A stretch of 64,000 nt of DNA. It comes from an uncultured Planctomycetota bacterium. GTDB lineage: Bacteria > Planctomycetota > Planctomycetia > Isosphaerales > Isosphaeraceae. Made by a program: the position numbers and the translations under genes. The notes under the pieces were generated by a model. That model had not been told where the DNA came from and did no database searches. It worked only from the letters and a program-made list of their open reading frames with translations. Location of the stretch: positions 7,360,001-7,424,000 of the forward strand of contig CAVTTN010000002.1 in assembly GCA_963737655.1 (NCBI GenBank), given 5' to 3'. Below are positions 20,277 to 31,390 of this stretch, in pieces. Position 1 is the stretch's first letter; each line of letters begins with the position of its first letter.

Positions 20277-21005
20277 ATGACCGCCGGCCCCGCGATCACG
20301 TTCCTCGCCGCCTTGCTGGCCGGACCGATCGACGACTCGGGATGGATCGACCTCGCCGGACCCAACGGGCTGAAGGCGTGGAAGGCCCCGACCGGCGACT
20401 GGGCCGACGTCGGGACCGTCCTGATCGACTCCAAGGACCCGAGGAAGCTCGCCTCCGAACCCGGCCAGGGCATCCTCGTCAACGGCAAGACCGGCCGCAC
20501 CACGAACCTCGTCACGAAGGAGAGCTTCGGCGACATCGAGGCCCACATCGAATTCGTCATCCCCAAGGGATCGAACGCCGGGGTCAAGTTCGAGGGCCTG
20601 TACGAGGTCCAGATCCTCGACAGCTTCGGCGTGAAGTCCCCCAAGGCCACCGACTGCGGAGGGATCTACCCGAGGGCCGAGCTCCTGCCCAAATACCACT
20701 ACCTCGACAATGGTTTCCCGCCCAAAGTGAATGCCTGCAAGGCCCCCGGCGAATGGCAGACGATGGATGTGATCTTCCGCGCACCGAGGTTCGACGCCTC
20801 CGGCAAGAAGATCGCCAACGCGAGGTTCGAAAAGGTCGTCCTGAACGGCCAGACGGTCCAGGAAGACCTGGAAGTCCCCACGCCCACCGGCCACGCCCAC
20901 ACCCGGCCCGAGATCCCCCAAGGCCCGATCCTCCTCCAGGCCGACCACGGCCCGGTGGCGTTCCGAACGGTGCGCGTGAGGCCGATCTCGACCGATGGCA
21001 AGTGA
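20277..21005 (+). CDS. DUF1080 / 3-keto-disaccharide hydrolase family protein
   Basis: SNAGVKF, YEVQILDS, PGEWQT, LNG and GPILLQADHGPVAFR motifs. Confidence 0.9.
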   Translation: MTAGPAITFLAALLAGPIDDSGWIDLAGPNGLKAWKAPTGDWADVGTVLIDSKDPRKLASEPGQGILVNGKTGRTTNLVTKESFGDIEAHIEFVIPKGSNAGVKFEGLYEVQILDSFGVKSPKATDCGGIYPRAELLPKYHYLDNGFPPKVNACKAPGEWQTMDVIFRAPRFDASGKKIANARFEKVVLNGQTVQEDLEVPTPTGHAHTRPEIPQGPILLQADHGPVAFRTVRVRPISTDGK

Positions 21006-21492
21006 CGCGACTCGACCGCCGAACGACCCTGCCGGCCGGGCACGGCACTACGCCCAGCGATGGGCGGCCCGGCTGGATCAATACTGCTCGGTCCGCATGG
21101 AGGAACTGGGCATCTCGAGCGAGCGGATCGGTTCGAGCGACCACCGCCTCGGGATCGCCCGGTGTGCCTTCCATCCCCAGGAATCCGACGCGGGCGGCCT
21201 CGCCAGCGGAGGACGCATCAACGTCGATTCCGGGGTCCTCAACCCGAGCTGGAATGCCGACGGGATCGGACCCGAGGCGTCCTCGATCTGGGCTCGGGCC
21301 CCTTTGAAGGAACGGATTGGCGCCGCGATCGCCCACGAGGACACCGGATGGCGCCTCGGCTCCCACGAGGCCGCCGTCGAGCACGCGCCCGAGAGCGAGC
21401 TGCCGATCCTTCCGGGCGCCGGGGCCCTGCTCAGGGCGATCCGTCGGGGCGAGACAGCCATTCGTGGCGGCGGTTCCAGCCGTGATACGTGA
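20995..21492 (+). CDS. hypothetical protein (lineage-specific)
   Basis: 165 aa, RMEELGI...RINVDSGVLNP...AAIAHE; overlaps the DUF1080 stop codon. Confidence 0.6.
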   Translation: MASDATRPPNDPAGRARHYAQRWAARLDQYCSVRMEELGISSERIGSSDHRLGIARCAFHPQESDAGGLASGGRINVDSGVLNPSWNADGIGPEASSIWARAPLKERIGAAIAHEDTGWRLGSHEAAVEHAPESELPILPGAGALLRAIRRGETAIRGGGSSRDT

Positions 21493-21907
21493 ACCGAAAC
21501 GAGGACTCCGCACCGAGCACGAATCCCGAAAGAGGCTCCATGATCCCCGCCGCCGCAAGCTCGCGATCGGCGGGCCTCGTCGTCTCATCCACAGGCACAA
21601 ATTCGCCGGAAACCCGGCGACCGAGCAATTCTCGGGCGGCCTCGGAGAGGATCAAATCATCATCGGGCGGCGAGTATCGCTCGCTCTCGATCCGATCCTC
21701 CTCCTCCCGGAGAATCGCCTCGCGACGCGTGAGGCCCTCTTCGGTGAACCGATACTCCGTCTCCGAACCGGGCAGAGGCTCCATCAACCCGACGGCGGCC
21801 AGCTCGCGATACTCGGCCAACCGTTGCCCGGGGACCTTCGCGCGCCACCCCTTGATCTCGAAACGGAGAGTGGCGACCGCCTGCAGGGACAATCGGACCT
21901 CGATCAT
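21431..21907 (-). CDS. hypothetical protein with internal duplication
   Basis: GGGAGGGAG RBS; two copies of RELAAxGxMEPL...(Y/F)RFTxxG. Confidence 0.7.
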   Translation of the reverse strand: MIEVRLSLQAVATLRFEIKGWRAKVPGQRLAEYRELAAVGLMEPLPGSETEYRFTEEGLTRREAILREEEDRIESERYSPPDDDLILSEAARELLGRRVSGEFVPVDETTRPADRELAAAGIMEPLSGFVLGAESSFRFTYHGWNRRHEWLSRPDGSP

Positions 21908-22087
21908 GGCTCCCTCCCAGCCCGACACCATACCGCCGGCCGACCGTCCGGGGAACCCGAGGTCCGGCCCGATCCAACCGGGACCCGCCCGCGACGGCGG
22001 GCGGTCGCGCCTTCCCTCCCCGGGCCTCGGGCCGTATCCTACGCGGATCGACCGGACCTCGAAATCCGCACCGCCCGAGACGCTTCC

Positions 22088-22633
22088 ATGAGCAGCCGCA
22101 TCGTGATGAGGACCGGCGAGGCCCTGGTCGAGGGGGATGAGGACTACCTGGCCGCCGAGCCCGAGGTCGTCATCGGCGAGCTGGACGGGCCCGTCGGCCA
22201 CGCCCTGGCGAACCTGATCGGCGGCCAGGTGAAGGGCCATACCCGCGTCTTCGCGATCCTCAACAGCGACGTCCAGGTCCGCCCGGCGACCGTCATGGTC
22301 AGCAAGGTCACGGTCAAGAGCGGCGAATACACGAATATCCTGATGGGCACCGTCCAGGCCGCCATCGCCAACGGGGTGCTCGACGCCGTCCGCGCCGGCG
22401 ACATCCCCCGCGACAAGGTGGACGACCTCGGCATCCTCTATTCCGTCTGGCTCGACCCCTCGGTCGTCGATCAGGACGTGGACCACGAGGCCCTCTTCCG
22501 CATCCATCGCGAGGCCACCGCCAAGGTCATCAGGAAGGCCATGCGCGGCGAGCCGACGATCGACTGGCTCCTCGAAAATCAGGACAAGGTCGAGCATTTC
22601 TTCCACCGCCAGGGGATCGACGGCGAACTTTGA
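22088..22633 (+). CDS. fae: formaldehyde-activating enzyme family protein (divergent paralogue)
   Basis: GEALV, GPVG, GHT, VRPATVMVSKVTVK, QAAIANGVLDAV and EPTIDWLLEN motifs. Confidence 0.88.
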   Translation: MSSRIVMRTGEALVEGDEDYLAAEPEVVIGELDGPVGHALANLIGGQVKGHTRVFAILNSDVQVRPATVMVSKVTVKSGEYTNILMGTVQAAIANGVLDAVRAGDIPRDKVDDLGILYSVWLDPSVVDQDVDHEALFRIHREATAKVIRKAMRGEPTIDWLLENQDKVEHFFHRQGIDGEL

Positions 22634-22671
22634 TCCGATCCACGACGGGAATCCCCGACAGGACCCTCTCC

Positions 22672-24726
22672 ATGATCCTCGCGAATGTCCGTCGAGTGGC
22701 GCCGTTGGTGGCGCTCGCCCTGATCGTCCCCTCGGCGATGGCCCAGGAAACGAAGCGGTTCCGGCCGCCGGCGGTCCCTCTCGTCACCCACGACCCGTAT
22801 TTCAGCGTGTGGTCGATGGCCGATCGGCCGACCGACGACTGGTCCCGGCACTGGACGGGCGCCATCAACGCGATGGTGGGCATGGTCCGCGTCGATGGGA
22901 AGGCGTATCGCGTCCTCGGCCCCGAGCCGAAGGCGGCCGACGCGATGGAGATGAAGAACCTGGAGGTCTGGCCCCTCCGCACGGTCTACACCTTCGAGGG
23001 CGCCGGCGTCCGCGTGAAGTTGACGTTCAACTCGCCGCTCCTGCCGAAGGACATGGACATCCTGGCCCGTCCGGCCACCTACTTGACCTGGGATTTCAAG
23101 GCGATCGACGGCAACGAGCACGAAGTTCAGCTCTACTTCGACGCCACCGCCGAATGGGCCGTCGATAAGCCGGAACAGAAGGTGACGTGGTCGGAAACCG
23201 TCGATGACGGCCTCGCGATCCTCCGCGTGGGCACGGTCGATCAAAACATTTTGTCGCGATCGGGCGACGATCTGAGGATCGACTGGGGCCACTTCCTGAT
23301 CGCGGCGCCGACGACCGAGGGCCAGACCACCGCGATCGCCGCCGACAAGGTCGCGAGGAACGGGTTCGCCTCCTCGGGCAAGCTCCCTGAAGCGAAGGAC
23401 GACAAGAAACCCCGGGCCGTGAACGAGCAATGGCCGGTCCTGGCATTCGCTTATGATGCGGAGAAGGTGGACGACGAATCGCGATCGTGGCACCTCATCC
23501 TCGCGTATGACGAGGTCTATAGCCTGCAATATCTGAAGAAAGACTTGCGCCCCTACTGGAGGAAGGGCGGCACGTCCCCGGAAGCCATGCTCCACGCCGC
23601 CGAAAAGGACTATGCGGAGGTCTCGCGAAAGGCCCGCGCCTTCGACGAACGGCTCATGGGCGACCTGGAAAAGGCGGGCGGCAAGGATTACGCCCAGATC
23701 GCCGCCCTGAGCTACCGCCAGGCGTTCGCCGCCCACACCATCGCCGAAGGGCCCGACGGCAAGCCCGTGATGATGTCCAAGGAGAACTTCTCGAACGGAT
23801 GCATCGACACGGTGGACGTGGTCTATCCCGCCGCGCCGATCTTCCTCCTCCTCAATCCCGAATTGCTGAAGGCCCAGACCACCCCGTTGCTCGACTACGC
23901 CGCCAGCGACCGCTGGAAATTCCCGTTCGCCCCCCACGACCTCGGCCAGTATCCGCTCGCGAACGGCCAGGTTTACGGAGGGGGCGAGAAGACCGAGACC
24001 GACCAGATGCCGGTCGAGGAATGCGGCAACATGCTGATCCTGATGGCCGCGATCGCGAAGGCCGAGGGCAACGCCGACTACGCGAAAGCCTACTGGCCCA
24101 CGCTCACCCAATGGGCCAATTACCTGAAGACCAAGGGCCTCGACCCCGAGAACCAACTCTGCACCGACGACTTCGCCGGCCACCTCGCCCACAACACGAA
24201 CCTCTCGCTCAAGGCGATCGTCGCCCTCGGCGGCTACGCCCAGATGTGCGACAAGCTGGGCAGGACCGACGAGGCCAAGGAGCATCGGAAGCTGGCCGAG
24301 GACATGGCCGGCCGATGGGTCGAGATGGCCAGGGACGGCGACCACTACAAGCTCGCCTTCGACAAGCCCGGCACCTGGAGCCAGAAGTACAACCTCGTGT
24401 GGGACAAGCTCCTCGGCCTCAACCTGTTCCCGAAGGACGTCGCGGAGACGGAGATCGCCTTCTACCTCAAGCACCAGAACAAGTACGGCCTCCCTCTCGA
24501 CAACCGGAGCGCCTACACCAAGCTCGACTGGATCGTCTGGACCGCCACGATGGCCGAATCGCGAGGCGACTTCGAGGCGCTGGTCCGGCCCGTGTACAAA
24601 TTCGCCGACGAGACGCCGACCCGCGTCCCCCTGACCGACTGGTACTGGACCGACAGCGGAAAGCAGCGAGGCTTCCAGGCGCGTTCGGTCGTCGGGGGCG
24701 TGTATATCAAGATGCTCTCGAAATGA
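22672..24726 (+). CDS. GtaA 'glutaminase'-like protein (DUF5127/DUF4965), six-hairpin glycosidase-like fold, secreted
   Basis: RPPAVPLVTHDPYFSVWS, SKENFSNGCIDTVDVVYP, MPVEECGNM, QLCTDDFAG and FQARSVVGG motifs. Confidence 0.88.
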   Translation: MILANVRRVAPLVALALIVPSAMAQETKRFRPPAVPLVTHDPYFSVWSMADRPTDDWSRHWTGAINAMVGMVRVDGKAYRVLGPEPKAADAMEMKNLEVWPLRTVYTFEGAGVRVKLTFNSPLLPKDMDILARPATYLTWDFKAIDGNEHEVQLYFDATAEWAVDKPEQKVTWSETVDDGLAILRVGTVDQNILSRSGDDLRIDWGHFLIAAPTTEGQTTAIAADKVARNGFASSGKLPEAKDDKKPRAVNEQWPVLAFAYDAEKVDDESRSWHLILAYDEVYSLQYLKKDLRPYWRKGGTSPEAMLHAAEKDYAEVSRKARAFDERLMGDLEKAGGKDYAQIAALSYRQAFAAHTIAEGPDGKPVMMSKENFSNGCIDTVDVVYPAAPIFLLLNPELLKAQTTPLLDYAASDRWKFPFAPHDLGQYPLANGQVYGGGEKTETDQMPVEECGNMLILMAAIAKAEGNADYAKAYWPTLTQWANYLKTKGLDPENQLCTDDFAGHLAHNTNLSLKAIVALGGYAQMCDKLGRTDEAKEHRKLAEDMAGRWVEMARDGDHYKLAFDKPGTWSQKYNLVWDKLLGLNLFPKDVAETEIAFYLKHQNKYGLPLDNRSAYTKLDWIVWTATMAESRGDFEALVRPVYKFADETPTRVPLTDWYWTDSGKQRGFQARSVVGGVYIKMLSK

Positions 24727-24766
24727 ACCCCGGTCGGCCCCTCCCTCCTCGATCCCGGGACGAACC

Positions 24767-27005
24767 ATGACGCGCACGACTCCGGTTTTCCTCACCCTCC
24801 TGATCGCCTCCCCGGCCCTCTCGGCCGACTGGAAGCCGGCCGAAGGTCCCCTGAAGACCCGGTGGGCGAAGGACGTCGATCCGGCCCGGGTCCTGCCCGA
24901 ATACCCCCGCCCGCAGCTCGTCCGAACCGACTGGATGAACCTCAACGGCGTCTGGGAATTCGCGCCGGGAAGGACGGCGACGCCCCTCCGATCGGCAAGC
25001 CCCTCGCCGGCAAGATCCTCGTGCCGTTCCCCGTCGAATCGGCCCTCTCCGGCGTGATGACGCACCACGACCGCCTCTGGTATCGCCGGACGTTCCGCCT
25101 CCCCGATTCCTGGAACGGCCGCAACACGCTCCTCCACTTCGGCGCGATCGACTGGGAAGCCCAGGTCTGGGTCAACGGCCGGGACCTCGGCACCCACAAG
25201 GGCGGCTATGATGCATTCACCCTGGACATTTCCAGGGCCGTCAAGCCGGGCACGGAGAATGAGTTGATCGTCCGGGTGTTCGACCCCACCGACGCCGGCA
25301 CCCAGCCCCGGGGCAAGCAGGTCCGCAACCCCGGCGGGATCTTCTACACGCCGACCACCGGCATCTGGCAGACGGTCTGGCTCGAACCCGTCCCCGAGAC
25401 CCACATCGGCTCGCTCGGGATCACGACCGATCTCGACGGGGGCGAGGTCCGCGTGATCCCCCAGATCGAAGGGAACGCCGACGGCCTGACCGTCGAGACC
25501 ACGCTCCTCGATGGCCGGACGATCGCCGCGACGTCCGAAACGTCCTCCCCGATCAAGCTCCCGCCGAATCCCAGGCTCTGGTCGCCCGACTCGCCGTTCC
25601 TCTACGGCCTGAAGGTGCGGATCTTGAAGGGTGGGCGGACCCTGGACGAGGTCGAGAGCTACGTCGGCCTCCGCCAGATCGCCATCGCGAAGGGCCAGGA
25701 CGGCGTGAACCGGATCACCCTGAACGGCAAGCCGGTCTTCATGGCGGGCCCGCTCGACCAGGGCTTCTGGCCCGACGGGATCTCCACGGCGCCGACCGAC
25801 GAGGCGCTCAAATATGACGTCAAGATCACCAAAAAGCTCGGCTTCAACGCCACTCGCAAACACGTGAAGGTCGAACCCGACCGCTGGTACTACTGGTGCG
25901 ACCGGCTCGGCCTCCTCGTCTGGCAGGACATGCCCAGCGGCGACCGCTCCATCGGCCCGAACGACCCCGACATCACGCGATCGCCGGCCTCGGCCGAGCA
26001 ATATTCCCTCGAACTCAAGGCCATGATCGACGGCCTCCGCAACCATCCCAGCATCATCATGTGGGTCGTCTTCAATGAGGGCTGGGGCCAGTTCGACACC
26101 GCGAAGGTGGCCGAGTGGACGAAGGCTTACGACCCCACCCGCCTGGTCAACAGCGCCAGCGGCTGGACCGATCGCGGGGTCGGCGACCTCCACGACCTCC
26201 ACTCGTACCCGAACCCCTTCGCGCCCCTCTCGAACCGAAGCGGGCGGGCGTCCTCGGCGAGTTCGGCGGCCTGGCCCTCGGCGTGGACGGCCACACCTGG
26301 ACCGGCAAGATCTGGGGCTATCAGGGCACGTCGAGCCAGGCGGAATTGACCCGAAAGTATGAACGCCTGATGCGTTCGGCATGGGAGCTGAACGACGCGA
26401 AGGGCCTGAACGCGGCGATTTACACCCAGCTCACCGACGTCGAGACCGAGGCCAATGGCCTCCTGACCTACGATCGCGAGGTCCTCAAGGTCGATCCGAC
26501 CAGGGTCGCGGCGATCAATCGCGGCGACCTCTCGCGAGTCCCCCAGGTGGTCCCGATCGTCCCCACCTCCCGCGATTCGCCGGTTTCCTGGAAATATGCG
26601 TTCACGAAACCCGCCGAAGGCTGGGAGCGCCCCGGGTTCGACGACTCGGGATGGAAATCCGGCGCCGGAGGGTTCGGCACCCGGATCACCCCGAACGCGG
26701 TCGTCCGAACCGAGTGGAGCGGCGCGGACGCCTGGGTCCGCCGCTCGTTCGAGCTCCCCGAGGTCGATCCGAAGTCGCTGGTCCTCCTGCTGTTCCACGA
26801 CGAGGACGCGGAAGTCTTCCTCAATGGAATCCTCGCGGCGAAGGTCCAGGGCTACATCACCAATTATGACGAGGTCCCGATCTCGGCCGAGGCCCTCGCC
26901 TCGCTGAAGCCCGGGAAGAACACGATCGCGATCCACTGCCGACAGACCGGCGGAGGCCAGTTCGTCGATTGCGGGATCGCCGAGATCCGCGAGCCGAAGC
27001 GGTGA
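24767..27005 (+). CDS. glycoside hydrolase family 2 (frameshifts near 24968 and 26226)
   Basis: PEYPRPQL, LLHFGAIDW, TGIWQTVWLE, RKHVKVE, NHPSIIMWVVFNEGWG, GEFGG and YTQLTDVETE motifs spread over three frames. Confidence 0.88.
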
Positions 27006-28351
27006 CGGCGGCGGCCGAAGCCCATCGGCGACCCCGGGAACTCGGCCTCTCGCTGGCCCTGGGGGCGCTCGCGTGCCTGGCCTACCTCGCCAACGGCCGG
27101 GAGCTGGGCGCCCACGACACCGAGCCGACCAAGCTCCTGGCCCTCTCGATCGCCCGGGGCGGCGGGATCGACCTGTCCCGATATGCAAGAATCCTCGTCG
27201 AGAACGGGAGACTCTCCGACAACGTGACGAGGAAGGGCGGCCGGCTCGTCTCGCGATACCCGGTCGCCCCGGCGCTGCTGGCGGTCCCGTTCGTGGTCCC
27301 GCAAACGCTCTACTTCGATCGGTTCGACCCCGGCTGGGACAGCAACCCGTTCTTCGCCTGGTGGTGGTCGAGCCGGTTCACCAAGAGGGCCGCCGCGATC
27401 CTCGCCGCCCTCGCCGTCGTCGCGTTCCATCGCCTGGTGCTCGCGCTTGGGGTGTCTCGCGGCTCGGCGGTCGTCGCGACCATCGCCGTCGGCCTCGGCT
27501 CGCCCCTCTGGACGATCGGCTCCCAGGCCCTCTGGCAGCACGGGCCGGCGGCCTTGATGCTGACCCTCACGCTCTGGCTGCTCGTCCCCGATCGCCCCTC
27601 GCGGCCCAGGCTCGCCCTGGCGGGAGTGACGGCCGGCACGATGGTCGCATGCCGGGCGATCGACCTCGTCTTCCTCCTGGCGATTCTCGTTGCCATGATC
27701 GCCCGCGATCGGCGAGCGCTCGCGTGGTTCCTGCCCGCCCCGATCGCGATCGGCGCGGCGGTCCTCGCCTATAATCTCGGCCTCTTCGGCACGATCTTCG
27801 GAGGCCAGTCCGAGCTCGAAGCGCTCCACCCAAGGACCCACGGTGTTGCCGGTCCGTGGTCCGGAAACCTCCTCGAAGGATCGCTCGGAACCTTCCTGAG
27901 CCCGAGCCGGGGGCTGTTCGTCTTCTGCCCGTGGACGGCCCTCGCCCTGGTCGCCGCGCCCTGGCCGCTCCGGGGCCGGAACCTGCCGCCGGTCGTCTCG
28001 TCCAGCCTCGCGGCGCTGGGCGTCTATGCCCTCCTGCTCTCGAAATACGCCGTCTGGTGGGCCGGATTCTGCTTCGGGCCGAGGTACTGGACCGACGCCG
28101 TGCCCCTGTTCGGAATCCTCCTGGCGATCGGCCTGGACCGGCTCCGAGTGCGGTCCCGCGCCCTCTTCATTCCGCTCGGAATCGCCCTGGGATGGTCGAT
28201 CGCGATCCAGGGCATCGGGGCCTCGCTGTACCCCAGCTCGTGGAACCTCCTGCCCACCAACATCGACACCCACCACGAACGCCTCTGGGACTGGCGAGAC
28301 ACCGAGGTCTCGCGATGCCTCGTCGAGTGGGCCCGTCGGCATGGCCGCTGA
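27002..28351 (+). CDS. multi-pass membrane protein, GT-C type glycosyltransferase-like
   Basis: About 10 hydrophobic segments; SQALWQHG, SPSRGLFVF and WWAGFCFGPRY motifs; GTG start overlaps the GH2 stop. Confidence 0.7.
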   Translation: MTAAAEAHRRPRELGLSLALGALACLAYLANGRELGAHDTEPTKLLALSIARGGGIDLSRYARILVENGRLSDNVTRKGGRLVSRYPVAPALLAVPFVVPQTLYFDRFDPGWDSNPFFAWWWSSRFTKRAAAILAALAVVAFHRLVLALGVSRGSAVVATIAVGLGSPLWTIGSQALWQHGPAALMLTLTLWLLVPDRPSRPRLALAGVTAGTMVACRAIDLVFLLAILVAMIARDRRALAWFLPAPIAIGAAVLAYNLGLFGTIFGGQSELEALHPRTHGVAGPWSGNLLEGSLGTFLSPSRGLFVFCPWTALALVAAPWPLRGRNLPPVVSSSLAALGVYALLLSKYAVWWAGFCFGPRYWTDAVPLFGILLAIGLDRLRVRSRALFIPLGIALGWSIAIQGIGASLYPSSWNLLPTNIDTHHERLWDWRDTEVSRCLVEWARRHGR

Positions 28352-28422
28352 GGCCCCGCGATCCTACAATCCCTGCGGTCCGCCCCGCTGATGATCCCCA
28401 GGAAGTCCGCCGAGACGCCACG

Positions 28423-31355
28423 ATGGCCACCGCGATCGACCCCGAAAACCCGCCGTCCGCCTCGCTCGCCCGGCTGGCGGGCCGGCTCCGTTCCGAAACC
28501 CGCGCCGAGGTCCGCTTCGACCTCGGCTCGCGGATGCTTTATTCGACCGACGCCAGCCTCTACCAGATTCCGCCCCTCGGGGTGGTCGTCCCCCGGACCG
28601 TGGACGACGCCGCCCTCGCCGTGAACTTCGCCGCCGACGAGGGGATCGCCGTCCTCCCCCGAGGGGGGGCCACCAGCCTCTCCGGCCAGGTCGTCGGCTC
28701 GGCCGTCGTCCTCGATTTCTCCAAATATCTGAACCGGATCGGCGTGGTCGATCGCGACCGGATGACCGTCCGCGCCGAGCCGGGAGCCATTCTTGATGCC
28801 CTGAACGCGCATTTGCGCCCTTGGGGCTGATGTTCGGGCCGGACGTGTCCACCAGCGATCGCGCCACGATCGGCGGGATGATCGGCAACAACTCCGCCGG
28901 GGCCCGCTCCCTGCGGTTCGGCAAGACCGTCGATCACGTCCGGTCGCTCGACGTGATCCTCGACGACGGTTCCACCGCCACCTTCGGGCCGGTTACGCCC
29001 GGGAGGCTGGAAGAAGTCTGCATGCGTGACGACCGCTCGGGCCGGCTCCATCGGGCCGTCCGCGACGTGGTGGCCGAGCATCGCGACGCGATCGCCGCGA
29101 GGTTTCCCCGGATCCTGCGGAGGGTCAGCGGCTACAACCTCGACGAGTTCGTGCCGGGCCTGCCCGTCCGCGCCGAGGGCTGGGTCGATGAGCCGTGGGC
29201 GTTCAACCTCGCCCGCCTGATCGTCGGCTCGGAGGGCACGCTCGCCGTCGTGGCCGGGGCGGAATTGAAGGTCATGCCCTCGCCGAAGGCCCAGGGATTG
29301 GTCGTCCTCTCGTTCACCACGATCGCCGCGGCCCTGGATCGGCTGGGCGAGATCCTCGCCAGCCAGCCCGTCTCGGTCGAGATGCTCGATCGGATGATCC
29401 TCGACCTCGCCGCGGGGAACGCCGAGATGGCCCGGCACCTCACGTTCGCCGAGGGGCGCCCCGGGGCGGTCCTCGCCGCCCAGTTCTTCGCCGACTCGGC
29501 CGACGAACTCGCCGGGCGGGCCGACGACCTGGCCCGCCGGTTCGAGGGCAGGCCGGGCGTCCTGGGCGTCCGCAAGAGCCTCTCGGCCTCGGCCAAGGAC
29601 GATTTCTGGAAGGTCCGCAAGGCGGGGCTCTCCCTGCTGATGGGCATGGTCGGCGACGCCAAGCCGGTGGCGTTCGTCGAGGATACCGCCGTCGCCCCCG
29701 ATCGCCTGGCCGAGTTCTACGAGCGATTCGTCGCCATCATGGCCGATCGGGGCGCCGTCGGCGCCTGCTACGGACATGCCGACGTGGGTTGCCTCCACAT
29801 CCGACCGATCCTGAATGTGAAAACGCCCGAAGGTGTCCGAGATCTACGCGCGATTGCCCGGGACGTATCCGGGCTCGTCGCCGAGTTCGGCGGCGCCATG
29901 AGCGGCGAGCACGGCGACGGCCTGGCCAGGAGCCTCTGGAACGAGTCGCTGTTCGGCCCCGAGGTCTACCGCGCCTTCCGCCGGGTCAAGGCCGCCTTCG
30001 ACCCCGAGAACCGCATGAATCCCGGCAAGGTCGTCGCCTCGGCCGACCCCGGCGACCACCTGCGGCTCGGCCCCGATTATCATGCCATCGAGCCCGAGAC
30101 CCTCCTCGATTTCTCGTCGCAAGGCGGGTTCGCCAGGGCCGTGGAGATGTGCTCGGGCGTGGGCGCGTGCCGGAAGCCTTCGGGCGGGACCATGTGCCCG
30201 AGTTACATGATCACTCGCGACGAGGACCACTCCACCCGGGGCCGAGCCAACGCCCTGCGACTGGTCATGAGCGGAGGGCTCGGCACCCCAGGACTCGTCG
30301 AGGAGACGGTGGATCGCGCGCTCGACCTCTGCCTCCAGTGCAAGGCATGCAAGACCGAATGTCCCTCGAACGTGGACATGGCCAAGCTCAAGGCGGAATA
30401 TCTCCACCAGAAATATCGATCCCGGCACGTGCCGATCGGTTCCCTGCTGATGGGCCACATCCACCGGCTCAACCGGCTCGGCTCGCTCGCGCCGTCGCTG
30501 GCGAACGGGTCGCTCCGCAGCGCCCCGATGAAGTGGCTCCTCGACAGGATCGCCGGGATCGACCGCCGCCGCACCCTCCCCGAGTACGCCCCGAAGAGCT
30601 TCCGCTCGCTCTTCCGCCGCCACCATGCCGACCCGAGGGCCGGCCGCCGGGGCGACGTGGTGGTGCTGGACGACTGTTTCACCACATATAACGACCCGAA
30701 CGTCGGCATGGCGGCCGTCCGCGTTTTGGAGGCGGCGGGCTACGCGGTCCGGCTGTCGGGCCTGGCCTGCTGCGGCCGCCCGGCGTTCTCGAAGGGCCTG
30801 CTCCCGCTGGCCCGCGACCTCGCCCGCGAGAACGTCCGCCGCCTCGCGCCGATCGCCACCTCCGGGACGCCGATCCTCGGGCTCGAACCAAGCTGCATCG
30901 GGATGCTCATGGACGAATATCGAGACATGAAGCTCGGCCCCGACGCCGACCTCGTCGCCGGCGCCTCGCGAATGGCCGAGGCCCTCCTCGCCGAGACGCC
31001 CGACCTGCCCCTCGGCCCGACCGTCGCCAGGGCGATGCTCCACGGCCACTGCCAGCAGAAGGCGCTGATGGGGACGGCCGCCACCGTCGCCGCCCTCAGG
31101 CGGATCCCCGGCCTCTCGCTCACGGAGCTCGACTCCGGCTGCTGCGGGATGGCCGGCTCCTTCGGCTACGAGCGAGGCCACTACGAGCTGAGCGAGGCCC
31201 TCGCCCGCCGGGTCCTCATCCCGGCCATCGAGGCCGACCCGGACGCCCTCGTCATCGCCCCCGGATTCTCCTGTCGGAGCCAGATTCATGGGTTGATCGG
31301 TAAGACGGCCCGCCACCCCGTCGAGGTCCTGGCCGGATCCATCGTCGGCGATTGA
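28423..31355 (+). CDS. FAD-binding and Fe-S-binding oxidoreductase (GlcD/GlcF-type fusion; frameshift near 28820)
   Basis: YSTDASLY, PRGGATSLSGQ, GSEGTL, SGEHGDG, CSGVGAC, CLQCKACKTECP and CCGMAG motifs. Confidence 0.92.
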
Positions 31356-31390
31356 TGTCTCCGGGCATGGGACCGATTGGGTCGGAGGAC

